From the NCBI GenBank assembly GCA_965223545.1, contig OZ245006.1, positions 5,344,001-5,408,000 on the forward strand: a DNA stretch of 64,000 bases. The letters are read 5' to 3'. Shown here piece by piece: positions 1 to 10,304 of this stretch (positions are counted from its first letter, which is position 1; every line of letters begins with the position of its first letter). Both the position numbers and the translations under genes were made by a program. The stretch comes from Planctomycetota bacterium. Its GTDB lineage: Bacteria > Planctomycetota > UBA1135 > UBA2386. The notes below the pieces were generated by a model that ran no database searches, had not been told where the DNA came from, and saw nothing but the letters and a program-made list of their open reading frames with translations.

Positions 1-396
1 CACGCCGTCTCCGGCACGGCGCAGATTCTGCCGAGCTCATGTGGCGCCAGCGGCCGTTCACCAACGCTCTATGCGACTCCGCCAATCCTCGGCAAGACGC
101 TCTCGCTCACCGGACACGACACGGTTGCGAACGGCGCGGGAGCCGTCCTCATCTCCGCGCCGGGTCCCACCATCACGCTGGCCGGTGGCTGTTCGACGCG
201 GCTGCATCCCCTGACCATGGCGGTCGTGGCGACGCCGTCGACGGACATCGCCGGACGCTGGTCGGCGAGCTTGGCGATCCCCAACTTGGCTGTGCTCCAG
301 AGCGTCCCGGTCCTCGTGCAGGCCGTGTTTGGGCCCAGCACGGCCCCGCCCCGCGCCGATCTCACGCCCCCCGTCCTGCTCATCCTGGGCCGCTGA
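1..396 (+). CDS. C-terminal end of an ELWxxDGT-repeat protein paralog (5' truncated by window edge)
   Basis: Frame +1 reads HAVSGTAQILPSSCGASGRSPTLYATPPILG...PRADLTPPVLLILGR* (TGA 394-396), colinear with the C-termini of 878-3949 and 4159-7249. Confidence 0.9.
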   Translation, partial: HAVSGTAQILPSSCGASGRSPTLYATPPILGKTLSLTGHDTVANGAGAVLISAPGPTITLAGGCSTRLHPLTMAVVATPSTDIAGRWSASLAIPNLAVLQSVPVLVQAVFGPSTAPPRADLTPPVLLILGR

Positions 397-506
397 CCGA
401 AGCTCGTCGATGGCGACGGGTTCGCTGCTGGTCGCGCTACAGATCGTCCTCGAAGCGCTATAATGGCGCCGTTCCGCACGACGCGGAACGGAACGAGGAG
501 TTGCCC

Positions 507-881
507 ATGCCCACAGACCTCCCGATCGTTCCCGATCGTTGGCTCCCACGCGCGGTTCTCGCGCTCGGATTCTGGTCGTCCGCGCTCACCGCGCAAGTTC
601 CCCCCAAGCTCCTGCTCGACCTCTATCGCACGCTCGGCACGCCTGGGAGCACGGTCCTCGCCGCAGACTTGGTGCCCGGCATGAACAGCTCGTCGCCGAG
701 GGCATTGATTGCGGCCGGCTCGCAATTGTTCTTCCTTGTCGATCACCCACAGTACGGAGTCGAGCTGTGGGCGACGGATGGGCAGTCCACTCCGACGATG
801 CTCCCGCTGTCGCCCACGTTCCGAGTTTGTCGCCAACAGTCGCGCGCCATGCCGAGCGACGCATTGACTCGTTGCCCGTGA
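507..881 (+). pseudogene. Internally deleted, truncated ELWxxDGT paralog remnant
   Basis: ATG 507, signal peptide ...SALTAQ, then VPPKLLLDL joins directly to YRTLG (about 36 codons present in the paralogs are missing). One ELWATDG repeat follows and homology ends near 803. Confidence 0.75.
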
Positions 882-3800
882 ATGCCTCGTCTGCGCCTCG
901 CCGCGTCCTGGTCCAAGCGCTTCTCGCGCTCGGTGTCGCTGAGTGCCCGCTCAGCGGGCAAGTCGCTCCCCGGCTCTTGCTCGACCTGAACCAATCTCCT
1001 GTCGGCGTTCCGGGGTCGTCGTCACCGGCTGACTTCGCGCAGCTGGGAAGCTGGGTCTTTTTCCGGGCGCACAACCCGCTCGTTGGCGACGAGCTGTACA
1101 GAACTCTCGGTGTGTCCGGAAGCTCGGTCTTGGCGGCAGACCTCGATCCTGGAGTGGGCAGTTCCTCACCGATCTCTCTGACAGTTTCCGGTGCACGGCT
1201 GTACCTCGCGGCGACTTCTCCGCAGAACGGCAACGAGCTCTGGAGTACGGATGGGCAATCGGCTCCGGCAGTCGTTTCCGATATCTACGTCGGCTCGGGC
1301 TCGAGCCAACCGGCGGATCTGATCTCTGCGGGCGGCGCGTTGTTCTTCTCCGCGGACGACGGTGTCAGCGGCAGAGAGCTGTGGAGATCGGACGGCACGG
1401 CACAGGGGACCTGGCTGGTGCGCGACATTGGCCGCGGTTCACTCGATTCGGATCCCAGCCCGCTCGGCGAGCTCGGCGGAAGGCTGCTCTTCTACGCGTT
1501 TTCGAGTGCGACCGGCAACGAGCTTTGGACTTCTGATGGCACCGCGAGGGGGACGTCGCTCGTCCGTGATATCAATCCCGGCACTGCCTCGTCGAACGGC
1601 GGCGATGCCGCCGCCCTGGGCAGCTTGCTTTTGTTCTCCGCCGACGATGGCTCCGCTGGTCGCGAGCTGTGGGGCTCTGACGGCACGACCGCCGGCACGT
1701 TCTTGGTGCGCGACATCCGTCCCGGAATAGGGTCTTCGTCGAGCCCTGCGGGTCTGACACGGGTCGGCAATCGCGTGTTCTTCAGTGCCTTTGATGGGGT
1801 GAGCGGGCGTGAGCTGTGGTCTACGGACGGTACCGCTGCGGGTACGAGCATGGTTGCCGACATCGCTCCTGGAACTTCCCATTCCAACCCCGCGTGGTTC
1901 GCTGCCCTGAACACGTCGGTGCTGTTCGCCGCGTGGGGAGCCTCTACTGGCAACGAGCTGTGGATCAGCGACGGAACTGCCGCTGGGACCCGGATGGTGG
2001 TCGATCTGAGACCGGGAACCGTCAGTTCGCGCCCGACGCGAATGACCACGGTGGGAAACCGCGTGTTCTTCCGAGCAGATAGTGGCGCCGGCCAGGGGGG
2101 AGAGTTGTGGGTGACCGACGGCACGGCTGCCGGCACGGTTTCTCTCGGTGATCTGCGCCCTGGCGCTACGTCGTCTTCGCCCGACAATCTTTTCGCGTAC
2201 GGTCAGCGTCTTCTGTTTTCCGCCAATGACGGCGTGAGCGGCACCGAGCTTTGGGGATCAGACGGCACCGCCGCGGGAACGAATCAGGTCGATGACCTTT
2301 CCACCGTCGGGACCGCGAGTGCGCGGATCTCCGACGCGGTCGCTTTGCACGGCCGAACCTACTTCAGCGCCGACGATGGTGTGGTCGGCTCCGAGCTGTG
2401 GGCGACGGATGGAACCGCAGCCGGAACGACGCTGGTGCGGGACATCGTTGTGGGCAGTGGTGGAGCGAGTCCCAGCTCCTTCACGCGCGTCGACGACGTG
2501 TTCTACTTCGCCTCGTCCGATCCGCTCCTCGGCCCAGAGCTCTGGGTCAGCGACGGGACCGGGGCCGGGACTCGGTTGGTCGCCGACCTGGTGCCGGGAT
2601 CCGGTGGGGCGCGGCCAACCGATCTCGTTGCTTTGCGCAGCCGTGTGCTGTTCAGCGGAACGACACCGGGAGCCGGCAGGGAGCTGTGGATCAGCGACGG
2701 CACTGCGGTCGGTACCCAGATGCTGGGCGATTTGAACCCGGGCCCGGGCGACAGTGTGCCCAGCGGGTTGGCGGCCATTGGCGGCTTGGTGTACTTCGTC
2801 GCGACCACGCCTACAGGGGGGGGCGAGCCTTGGGTCACCGACGGCACTCCGGCGGGCACGGTCCCCCTGCTCGACATCTTGGCTGGTTCGGGGAGTTCTG
2901 CGCCCGATGGGTTCACGCGGGCCGGGCGCTGGGTCGTGTTCGCCGCGCACGACCTTGTCGGCGGCCGAGAGCTCTGGCGGACCGACGGCACGGTGGCGGG
3001 TACGACCCGGGTCGTGGACCTGGTTGCCGGTTTCTTCTCCAGTTCACCGCAATCGATCGTCCGCGTCGGTGAACGCGCGTTCTTCACCGCAACGGTGCCG
3101 CTCGGAGATCGAGAGCTTTGGATCACGGACGGGACTGCGGCAGGAACCTCGCGGGTCGCCGACATTCGTCCTGGGCCCAGCGGCAGCAACCCGGCCAAGC
3201 TGGTGCGACTGGGCAGTCGCGTGGTGTTTGTCGCCGACGACGGTGTCTCCGGCGCCGAGCTGTGGGTTTCCGACGGCACTGCTGCTGGCACTCGCATGGT
3301 CTTGGATATCAACCCCGGCGTCGCGGGCTCTGGGATCGGAGGGTTGACTCCGATCGGCGAGCGGTGGGTCTACTTCACTGCGACGGATGCCAGCGGCGAG
3401 AGTGAGCTCTGGATTTCCGACGGCACGGCGGCCGGCACCACGACGTACGATCTCTCCACGTTGGGGTCCTCGCGTCCGCGTGGTTTTGTCCCAGCTGGTG
3501 ACTACGTCTTCTTCAGTGCACAAGACGCCGCCTTCGGCGACGAACCGTTCGTGCACGACGTCTCCGGCACCGCGCAGGTCCTGCCGAGCTCGTGTGCCGT
3601 CAATGGTCGCGCGCCGACGCTGTACGCGACGCCACCGATTCTAGGGTCCATCGTCGCGATCGCAGGGCATGACACCGTCGCAAGCGGGGGAGGAGTGCTC
3701 CTCCTCTCCGCGCCGAGCCGCGCCATCACGCTGGCGGGCGGTTGCTCCGTGCGGCTCGACCCCGCCACCATGGCCGTGGTGGCGATGCCGACCACCGACC

Positions 3801-3949
3801 CCGCCGGTCGCTGGTCGGCGATGCTGCCGATCCCCAACCTATCGATCCTGCAAACGGTGCCGGTGCTCTTGCAGGCCGCATTCGGGCCCAGCACGGCGCC
3901 GCCGGGCGCCGACCTGACCCCGCCCGTCCTCCTCACCCTGGGCCGCTAG
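878..3949 (+). CDS. Secreted ELWxxDGT-repeat (beta-propeller-like) protein with conserved C-terminal domain
   Basis: GTG 878 overlaps the upstream TGA; hydrophobic leader ending PLSGQ; 18 EL[WY]/EP[WF] repeat units counted by eye. Start codon inferred. Confidence 0.9.
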   Translation: MNASSAPRRVLVQALLALGVAECPLSGQVAPRLLLDLNQSPVGVPGSSSPADFAQLGSWVFFRAHNPLVGDELYRTLGVSGSSVLAADLDPGVGSSSPISLTVSGARLYLAATSPQNGNELWSTDGQSAPAVVSDIYVGSGSSQPADLISAGGALFFSADDGVSGRELWRSDGTAQGTWLVRDIGRGSLDSDPSPLGELGGRLLFYAFSSATGNELWTSDGTARGTSLVRDINPGTASSNGGDAAALGSLLLFSADDGSAGRELWGSDGTTAGTFLVRDIRPGIGSSSSPAGLTRVGNRVFFSAFDGVSGRELWSTDGTAAGTSMVADIAPGTSHSNPAWFAALNTSVLFAAWGASTGNELWISDGTAAGTRMVVDLRPGTVSSRPTRMTTVGNRVFFRADSGAGQGGELWVTDGTAAGTVSLGDLRPGATSSSPDNLFAYGQRLLFSANDGVSGTELWGSDGTAAGTNQVDDLSTVGTASARISDAVALHGRTYFSADDGVVGSELWATDGTAAGTTLVRDIVVGSGGASPSSFTRVDDVFYFASSDPLLGPELWVSDGTGAGTRLVADLVPGSGGARPTDLVALRSRVLFSGTTPGAGRELWISDGTAVGTQMLGDLNPGPGDSVPSGLAAIGGLVYFVATTPTGGGEPWVTDGTPAGTVPLLDILAGSGSSAPDGFTRAGRWVVFAAHDLVGGRELWRTDGTVAGTTRVVDLVAGFFSSSPQSIVRVGERAFFTATVPLGDRELWITDGTAAGTSRVADIRPGPSGSNPAKLVRLGSRVVFVADDGVSGAELWVSDGTAAGTRMVLDINPGVAGSGIGGLTPIGERWVYFTATDASGESELWISDGTAAGTTTYDLSTLGSSRPRGFVPAGDYVFFSAQDAAFGDEPFVHDVSGTAQVLPSSCAVNGRAPTLYATPPILGSIVAIAGHDTVASGGGVLLLSAPSRAITLAGGCSVRLDPATMAVVAMPTTDPAGRWSAMLPIPNLSILQTVPVLLQAAFGPSTAPPGADLTPPVLLTLGR

Positions 3950-4158
3950 CAGGCCGTTGAGAACGTGCTTCGTCTCGCAACCCGGTGATTCTCGATGCGG
4001 GTCGGTGCGCGAGAACGCAGGCGAACCAGTGGATTCGGCGAGGCTTTCGCGTGCCGAGCCGCGCGGGCAGCGCCGGGTTGTGGGGCGAATCACCTTTTCA
4101 ACCGCCTGCTGATCGAACCAAGCTGGTTTTTCTCGCAACGCGCGCCGCGGAGCGGCAC

Positions 4159-7100
4159 ATGACGGTGAGTATGCTCGCGATCCTCTCGTTACGGCACACC
4201 GTGTTCTCGGCGCGGCTCCTTATCGGATTCGGCGTGGTCGGCGGCACGCTCGCCGCGCAGGTCCCCCCCCCGGCTCCTCCTCGACGTCAACCCGACCCCG
4301 CTCGAAGTCTGGAGATCGTCTACACCCTCTCCGTACGTTTCGGCGGGCAGCTGGGCCTACTTCGCGGCGAACAACTCGAAGGTGGGCACCGAGCTCTACC
4401 GCACGCTCGGGGTCCCCGGCAGCACGTTCCTGGTGGGTGACTTGGTTCCCGGTGCAGGCGGCTCGCATCCCAGGTCTCTGACGACGGTCGGTTCTCGGCT
4501 GTACTTCGCGGCGGATTCCGCTCAGCTCGGAACCGAGCTCTGGAGCACCGATGTCCCGACCGGTCCGGCGATGATCGCCGACATTCGTCCGGGCGCGGGG
4601 TCGAGCCTGCCGACCGACCTGTTCTCGGTGGGGAACGTGCTGTTCTTCGCCGCGGACGACGGCTCGACCGGGCGGGAGCTGTGGAGATCGGACGGCACCG
4701 CGTCAGGCACGGGGTTGGTGCGGGATATCGCGCGCGGAACTCTCGATGCGAATCCCGTTCCACTCGCGGAGCTGGGCGGGAGGTTGATGTTCTACGCGGA
4801 AGCGAGCGCGACCGGCAGCGAGCTCTGGGTCTCCGACGGCACCTCGGTGGGAACCTCGCTCGTCCGCGATATCAATCCTGGCCCGGAATCATCGAATGGC
4901 GGGGAAGCCGCTGCCTTCAATGGCGTGGTGCTGTTCGTCGCGGACGATGGCGTCGTCGGTGCCGAGTTGTGGGTTTCGGATGGGACCGCAGCCGGCACGT
5001 CCCTGGTGCGCGACATCGATCCGCGAACCGGCTCCTCATCGAGTCCCCAGGACCTCACCGTCGCCACCAACCGGGTTTTCTTCAGTGCCGATGATGGGGT
5101 CAACGGCCGCGAGCTGTGGTGTACGGATGGCACCCGCGCCGGCACGCGAATGGTCGCGGACGTGGCTCCGGGACCGTCATCCGCGACGCCCAAGTGGCTG
5201 GTGGCGATGGGATCGTCGGTTCTGTTCGCGGCTGCGAACCCTGGTAGCGGGACCGAGCTGTGGATCAGCGATGGTACCGCGGTGGGCACGCGGCAGATCA
5301 CCGACTTGAACCCTGGACCTCCTGACTCCAACCCGACCCGGATGACCGTCGTGGGCAACCGCGTGTTCTTTCGCGCGGACAATGGCGGGGGCCAGGGCGA
5401 GGAATTGTGGGTGACCGACGGCACCGCCACCGGGACCGTGTCGCTGGGCGACATCCACCCCGGCAACCAGACGTCGTCAGCAACGCGTCTGCACGCGCAC
5501 GGCAGGCTCCTGCTGTTTTCTGCGAACAACGGCCTGACAGGGAAGGAGCCTTGGGTGTCGGACGGCACGATCGCGGGAACGGAGCAGGTCGCGGACCTCA
5601 GTACGACGGGGTCGGCGCACTCCGGAGCGACCGGTGGCATCGCGATGCACGGGCGCAGCTACTTCACTGCCGACGATGGCCGCGTTGGAATGGAGCTCTG
5701 GGCCACCGACGGCAGCGCGGGTGGCACGGCGCTCGTGCGTGATATCAACTTGGGCGTCGGTGGGGCGCATCCTTCGGGCTTCACGCGCGTCGGCGACGCG
5801 TTCTACTTTGGTGCGACGGGTCTGCGCAGTGGCACGGAGCTCTGGGTCAGCGATGGGACCACGGCCGGGACCCAAATGGTTGTCGATTTGGTGCCCGGCA
5901 CCGGTGGGTCGAGCCCCACTGAGATCGTTGCAATGCGGGGGCGTGTTCTCTTCAGCGCCGAGACCGCGGCGACGGGTCGCGAGTTGTGGGGAAGCGATGG
6001 CACGGCAGGCGGAACGCAGTTGCTCAGCGACATCGACCCGGGGCCGGGCCACGGCGCGCCCGACGAGCTGGTGGCCATCGGGGATCGGGCGTACTTCTCC
6101 GCGACCACTCCCGCCGGGGGTAGGGAGCCATGGGTTACCGATGGCACGCAGGGCGGCACGACGCGACTGGTCGACGTCTTCGGCGGCTTAGGCAGCTCGG
6201 ACCCCGCTGGCTTTACGCGCGCCGGGCGATGGGTGGTCTTCGCCGCGCTCGACTGGCAGGGGGGGCGGGAGCTTTGGCGAACCGATGGTACTCCGAGCGG
6301 CACGGCACGCGTCGTCGACCTCGCGCCCGGCGTGTTCTCGAGTGGGCCTCGGTCGATGGTCCGCCTCGGGGACCGGGCGGTCTTCACCGCGGAGGCTCCC
6401 CTGGGTGATCGGGAGCTGTGGATCACCGACGGAACGGCGGCTGGAACTGCGCGGGTTGCCGACATTCGCCCAGGCCCGGCAGGAAGTGACCCCACGGCGC
6501 TGGTGCGGCTGGGGAGTCGCGTCGCGTTCGTCGCTGACGACGGGGTATCGGGCGCCGAGCTCTGGGTCTCCGACGGCACTTCTGCGGGGACGCGAATGGT
6601 CCTGGATCTGAATCCAGGCGGCGCGGGCGCGGGCATCGCGTCTCTGACGCCGATCGGTGAGCGATGGGTCTACTTCAGCGCGGACGACGGCAGCGGAGAT
6701 CGGGAGCTGTGGGTCTCGGATGGCAGCGCCACCGGGACGGCGAAGTTCGATCTTTCGGCGCTGGCGTCCTCGAACCCGCGTGGGTTCGTCCTCGCCGGCA
6801 ACCACGTGCTGTTCAGCGCCATCGATGCGATGGCCGGCCACGAACCGTTCGTGCATGCCGTCTCCGGCACGGTGCAGACACATGCCAGCTCGTGTGGTGC
6901 AAGCGGCCGGTCACCGACGCTCTATGCGACGCCGCCGATCCTCGGCACGACCTCCGCGCTGACCGGACACGACACCGTCGCGAACGGCGCCGGAGCCCTG
7001 CTGCTCTCCGCGCGGGGTCGTGCCATCACGCTGGCGGGTGGCTGCTCCACGCGCCTGGACCCCGCGACCATGGCTGTCGTGGCGACGGCGACGACGGACG

Positions 7101-7249
7101 CCACCGGTCGCTGGTCGGCAGTTCTGCCAATCCCCAACCTGGCGGTGCTGCACAGCGTCCCCGTCGTGGTGCAGGCCGCGTTCGGACCCAGCGCGGCCCC
7201 CCCGCGCGCCGACCTCACGCCGCCCGTCCTCCTCACCCTAGGCCGATAA
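4159..7249 (+). pseudogene. ELWxxDGT-repeat protein with a +1 frameshift in a C9 tract (4263-4271); phase-variable gene or sequencing error
   Basis: The signal peptide MTVSML...TLAAQ (ATG 4159) is in a different frame from the body (ORF 4382-7249). Removing one C gives QVPPRLLLDVNPTP...WAYFAANNSKVGTELYRTLG, matching the paralog QVAPRLLLDLNQSP...WVFFRAHNPLVGDELYRTLG. Confidence 0.85.
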
Positions 7250-7285
7250 ACTGAAGGTACGGAGCCAGGCTCCGTACCTTCAGTT
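7249..7285. repeat. Perfect 18-bp inverted repeat, REP-family variant; possible bidirectional terminator
   Basis: AACTGAAGGTACGGAGCC-A-GGCTCCGTACCTTCAGTT between convergent genes, overlapping both stop codons. Confidence 0.85.
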
Positions 7286-7966
7286 GCGTTGGATCTGGAC
7301 GAGGCGGATCTTGGTGTCGTTGCTGCATTCTTCGACGAGGCCGACGCCCGGGGCGTAGAGGATGATGTCGTCGTCCTCGGGGTCGTCCGGGTTCTCGTGC
7401 AGGCGTAGGCATCCGGAGAACGTGCCCGCCGGCGTGTTGGCCGTCACGTTGGTCGCCAGGATCACGAACTCTTCTGGCCCCGAGGCGCCCCAAGCGGCGA
7501 TGCGCGCGCCCGCGCGGGGAATGGCGGGCAGCACGGGCCATGGCAAGCCGCCGCCGATGCCCGCGATCCACCACTCGTTGCCCGTCGGTGTGCCGTTGCT
7601 TGCCAACTCGAGCGTCTCCTCCCCGTACTTCCACACCAAACCGCTCCGGTCCGGCGCGAACCACTCGACTGTGATCTCGCGCAGGGCGTTGTCGAGGAAG
7701 ATGCGCTGGACCAGGCCGACACAGGTCGTGCCCATGATCTCGCGGGGGTGGGGGTGGAGCTCCACCTCGTCGCGGCGGAACCGACCCGCATCGACGCCCT
7801 CGTACACCCGGGTCACGCCCAGCTCGAGTGGGAAGTAGGACGAGCTGGCCGTGGAGATCACTCCGCCGCTGCGGCTCGCGGCTTCTGGCTCAGAGGCGTG
7901 GTTGCAGCCGGTGGCGGCCAGCAGCGCGCCGAAAACGGCCAAGCGAGGGTTTTGTATCAGCATCAT
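7280..7966 (-). CDS. Conserved hypothetical lipoprotein
   Basis: AAGGAG RBS before ATG 7966; lipobox LAATGC; YFPL...EWFAPD..G.VWKYGE...YAPGVGLV pattern. Confidence 0.8.
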   Translation of the reverse strand: MMLIQNPRLAVFGALLAATGCNHASEPEAASRSGGVISTASSSYFPLELGVTRVYEGVDAGRFRRDEVELHPHPREIMGTTCVGLVQRIFLDNALREITVEWFAPDRSGLVWKYGEETLELASNGTPTGNEWWIAGIGGGLPWPVLPAIPRAGARIAAWGASGPEEFVILATNVTANTPAGTFSGCLRLHENPDDPEDDDIILYAPGVGLVEECSNDTKIRLVQIQRN

Positions 7967-9488
7967 GGTCTCCTTTGGAGCGCGTGGTGTGGTCCTCGAA
8001 CCGGGCGGCGGAAGAAGCGGGCGACGTGGGGCCGGTGAGGCGCACGACGAAGACGTCGTCCGCGCGTGACGTGAACTCGAGCTGCAACTGCAGGAGCCTG
8101 CACAGGGCTGCAACCAAAGCCAAGCCCAACCCGGCGTGCTCGCCCGGCGAACGCGCGGGATCCGCGCGCCAAAACGGCTCGGTGACCCGGTCTAGGTCGG
8201 CGCCGATGGCTTGCTCGCTGTGGTTGGTGATCTCCAGCCGAAAGCGACGCCCGCCGGCCGATTGGACGTGCGTGGCGGTGACGTGGACCACCGTTCCGGG
8301 GCGAGAGTGGCTGACCGCGTTGTGCAGCAGATTGGTGAGCACCAACTCGAGCTTGCCGCGATCGATGTAGAGCTGAAGATCCGCTGGCAGCTCTGCCGCG
8401 AACCTCAGCTCACGCCGCGTCGCCGCCTCCTCGAAACGCGACCAGACTGTGTGGATCATCGAAGGAAGCGCGACCGCATCGGCCTTGGTGTGCTCGACGC
8501 CGGCTTCGCAGCGAGCCAACAACATCAAGTCGCGGATGCAGCTCTCCATGCGGCTGGCGACCGCGCCGACGTCGCCGAAGTAGCCGACGACGGCGTCGCG
8601 GTCGTCTGGCCAGCGCCGCCCGACGGCGGCAAGGGACCGCAGCTCGGCGATCGGCGTGCGCAGCTCGTGGGCGACATTGCCCGAGAAGCGTCGTTCACGC
8701 TGAAACGCCGCCTCCAGCCGCTGCAACAGCTCATTGAGGCGCTCGGCCACCGGCGCGAGCTCGCGTGGCGCGGTGGTCGGGTCGAATCGGTGTGCCAGGT
8801 CGTGCGCGTCGATGTTCTCGACCTCGCGCGCGATCGACACCAGCGGCTTCAGGCCGCGGATCAGCGCCCAAGTCACGAAGGCGAAGCTGGCCAGCAACGT
8901 CAAAGCGACCATTCCCGCAATCGCGGCGCGTGTCGTGGTGAGCAGCGCGGCAAGCGATTCGCGGCCGCGCGCCAGCACCAGGACCAGCGCCCGCTCGGGG
9001 GCCGACGCCCCACTGGCTTCCACCGAGTCCTCGTCATCGCCGGGGTCGGGCGTCGAGTTCGGAAAGTACGCGAGCTGCGCCACTCGCCCGGCGCGACCGT
9101 CCGGCAGGACCGCGTCGACCCAGTGCATCGCGTCCAAGTCGCTCGGCCGGACCGGTAGGTCGACGTCCGCCGGGAGGCTGTTCGAACGCAGCAGCATCGA
9201 GCCGTCGTCGAGCCAGAACTGGAAGTACTCGCGCGGCGGTCCGCTGCCGTTGTCCTCGTCGAACTCCGGCATCGACCCCGGCACGTAGTCGAACTCGATC
9301 TGGCCGTTCTCTTGCTCGGTCAGCGAGGCGAGGGCGCGCAGCTTGGCACCCAGCGTCGCGTCGAACTCCGCGGCGAGATGGCGGCGCATCGCGCCGTCGA
9401 GGACGACACCACAGGCGCCCAGCAAGAGACCGATGCCGACGGTCAGGGAGACCTGCAGGCGACGGCGGATCGAGGCGGACGGCGTCAC
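7890..9488 (-). CDS. Membrane sensor histidine kinase (HAMP-HisKA-HATPase; CusS/QseC-like)
   Basis: Two TM segments, H-box FSGNVAHELRTP, N-box NLLHNA, FWRAD and GLGLAL motifs; start overlaps the regulator stop. Confidence 0.95.
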   Translation of the reverse strand: MTPSASIRRRLQVSLTVGIGLLLGACGVVLDGAMRRHLAAEFDATLGAKLRALASLTEQENGQIEFDYVPGSMPEFDEDNGSGPPREYFQFWLDDGSMLLRSNSLPADVDLPVRPSDLDAMHWVDAVLPDGRAGRVAQLAYFPNSTPDPGDDEDSVEASGASAPERALVLVLARGRESLAALLTTTRAAIAGMVALTLLASFAFVTWALIRGLKPLVSIAREVENIDAHDLAHRFDPTTAPRELAPVAERLNELLQRLEAAFQRERRFSGNVAHELRTPIAELRSLAAVGRRWPDDRDAVVGYFGDVGAVASRMESCIRDLMLLARCEAGVEHTKADAVALPSMIHTVWSRFEEAATRRELRFAAELPADLQLYIDRGKLELVLTNLLHNAVSHSRPGTVVHVTATHVQSAGGRRFRLEITNHSEQAIGADLDRVTEPFWRADPARSPGEHAGLGLALVAALCRLLQLQLEFTSRADDVFVVRLTGPTSPASSAARFEDHTTRSKGDHDADTKPSLGRFRRAAGRHRLQPRL

Positions 9489-10150
9489 GACACGGAGTAC
9501 CCCAGTCCGCGGTGCGTTCGGATCAGGTCGCGCGTGCCCGAGCCGTCCAGCTTCTTGCGCACCTGATGCACGAAGACCTCGACTGCGTTCTCCGTGCCAT
9601 GTCCCGCGCCTCCGTAGAGATGGTCGAGAAGCTCGGTCTTGGCCACGATGCGGCCGCGCCGCACCACCAAGTACTCCAGCACGGAGAACTCGTTGCGCGT
9701 CAACGCGATCTCCCGATCACCGTGATGCAGTGTGCGCCGTGCCGTGTCCATCGCCAGCGCCCCCACCCGCTGCACGGGGTTCTTGGTCGCGTACTTGCGG
9801 CGCACCAGTGCGCGCAGCCGAGCCACCAGCTCGCCGAAATCGAAGGGCTTGGTCAAGTAATCGTCGGCGCCGTGCTCGAGCCCCTCGATGCGTTCCTCCA
9901 CGCGCTCCTTCGCCGAGAGGATCAGCACGTGCTGTTGGATGCAGTGTCGGCGCAAAGCACGCAGGACACTCAACCCGTCGCGCTTGGGCAGCATCAGGTC
10001 GAGGACGATGGCGTCGTAGCACCCGTGCCGCGCGTACTCCAGGCCCTCCTCGCCGTCACCGACGACGTCCACTGCGAATCCCGATCGCTGCAGGCCGTGG
10101 GCAAGCGAGCGGCGCAGGCGTTCCGAGTCCTCGATGACCAGGATCTTCAT
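9485..10150 (-). CDS. OmpR/PhoB-family DNA-binding response regulator
   Basis: MKILVIED, LDLMLP, GADDYLTKPF, C-terminal winged helix ending IRTHRGLGY. Confidence 0.97.
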   Translation of the reverse strand: MKILVIEDSERLRRSLAHGLQRSGFAVDVVGDGEEGLEYARHGCYDAIVLDLMLPKRDGLSVLRALRRHCIQQHVLILSAKERVEERIEGLEHGADDYLTKPFDFGELVARLRALVRRKYATKNPVQRVGALAMDTARRTLHHGDREIALTRNEFSVLEYLVVRRGRIVAKTELLDHLYGGAGHGTENAVEVFVHQVRKKLDGSGTRDLIRTHRGLGYSVS

Positions 10151-10173
10151 CGATCGAAGGGTCCCACCCCAAT

Positions 10174-10189
10174 CTTAGGGAATCCTGAG
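10174..10189. promoter_or_regulatory. Candidate OmpR-family direct-repeat box (CTTAG-N6-CTGAG)
   Basis: 11-bp-spaced imperfect direct repeat resembling PmrA/QseB-type boxes, in the divergent intergenic region next to the regulator gene. Confidence 0.4.
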
Positions 10190-10258
10190 GAAGTCAGTTC
10201 GCCCGAGTAGGCCCTGACCCTCAGGGACGCCAAAGGAGCGTGCTCCAGGATGGCGCGA

Positions 10259-10275
10259 GTTCTGACAGTCAGAAC
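10259..10275. promoter_or_regulatory. Perfect palindrome GTTCTGAC-A-GTCAGAAC; possible operator or hairpin
   Basis: 8-bp arms with a 1-nt spacer, about 30 nt upstream of ATG 10305. Confidence 0.35.
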
Positions 10276-10304
10276 CCCGTGAACCCCAAACCAAGGAGCA
10301 AACG

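Noticed and set aside
752..761. GTACGGAGTC (and GTACGGAG at 56313) as extra REP copies
   Set aside because: Only 8-10 nt match and the inner palindrome and tail are missing; the first encodes YGVELW.
878..7249. Regularly spaced GAGCTSTGG...GACGGCAC DNA repeats as a CRISPR array or DGR
   Set aside because: They are degenerate at third codon positions and encode ELWxxDGT units; no cas gene or reverse transcriptase is present.
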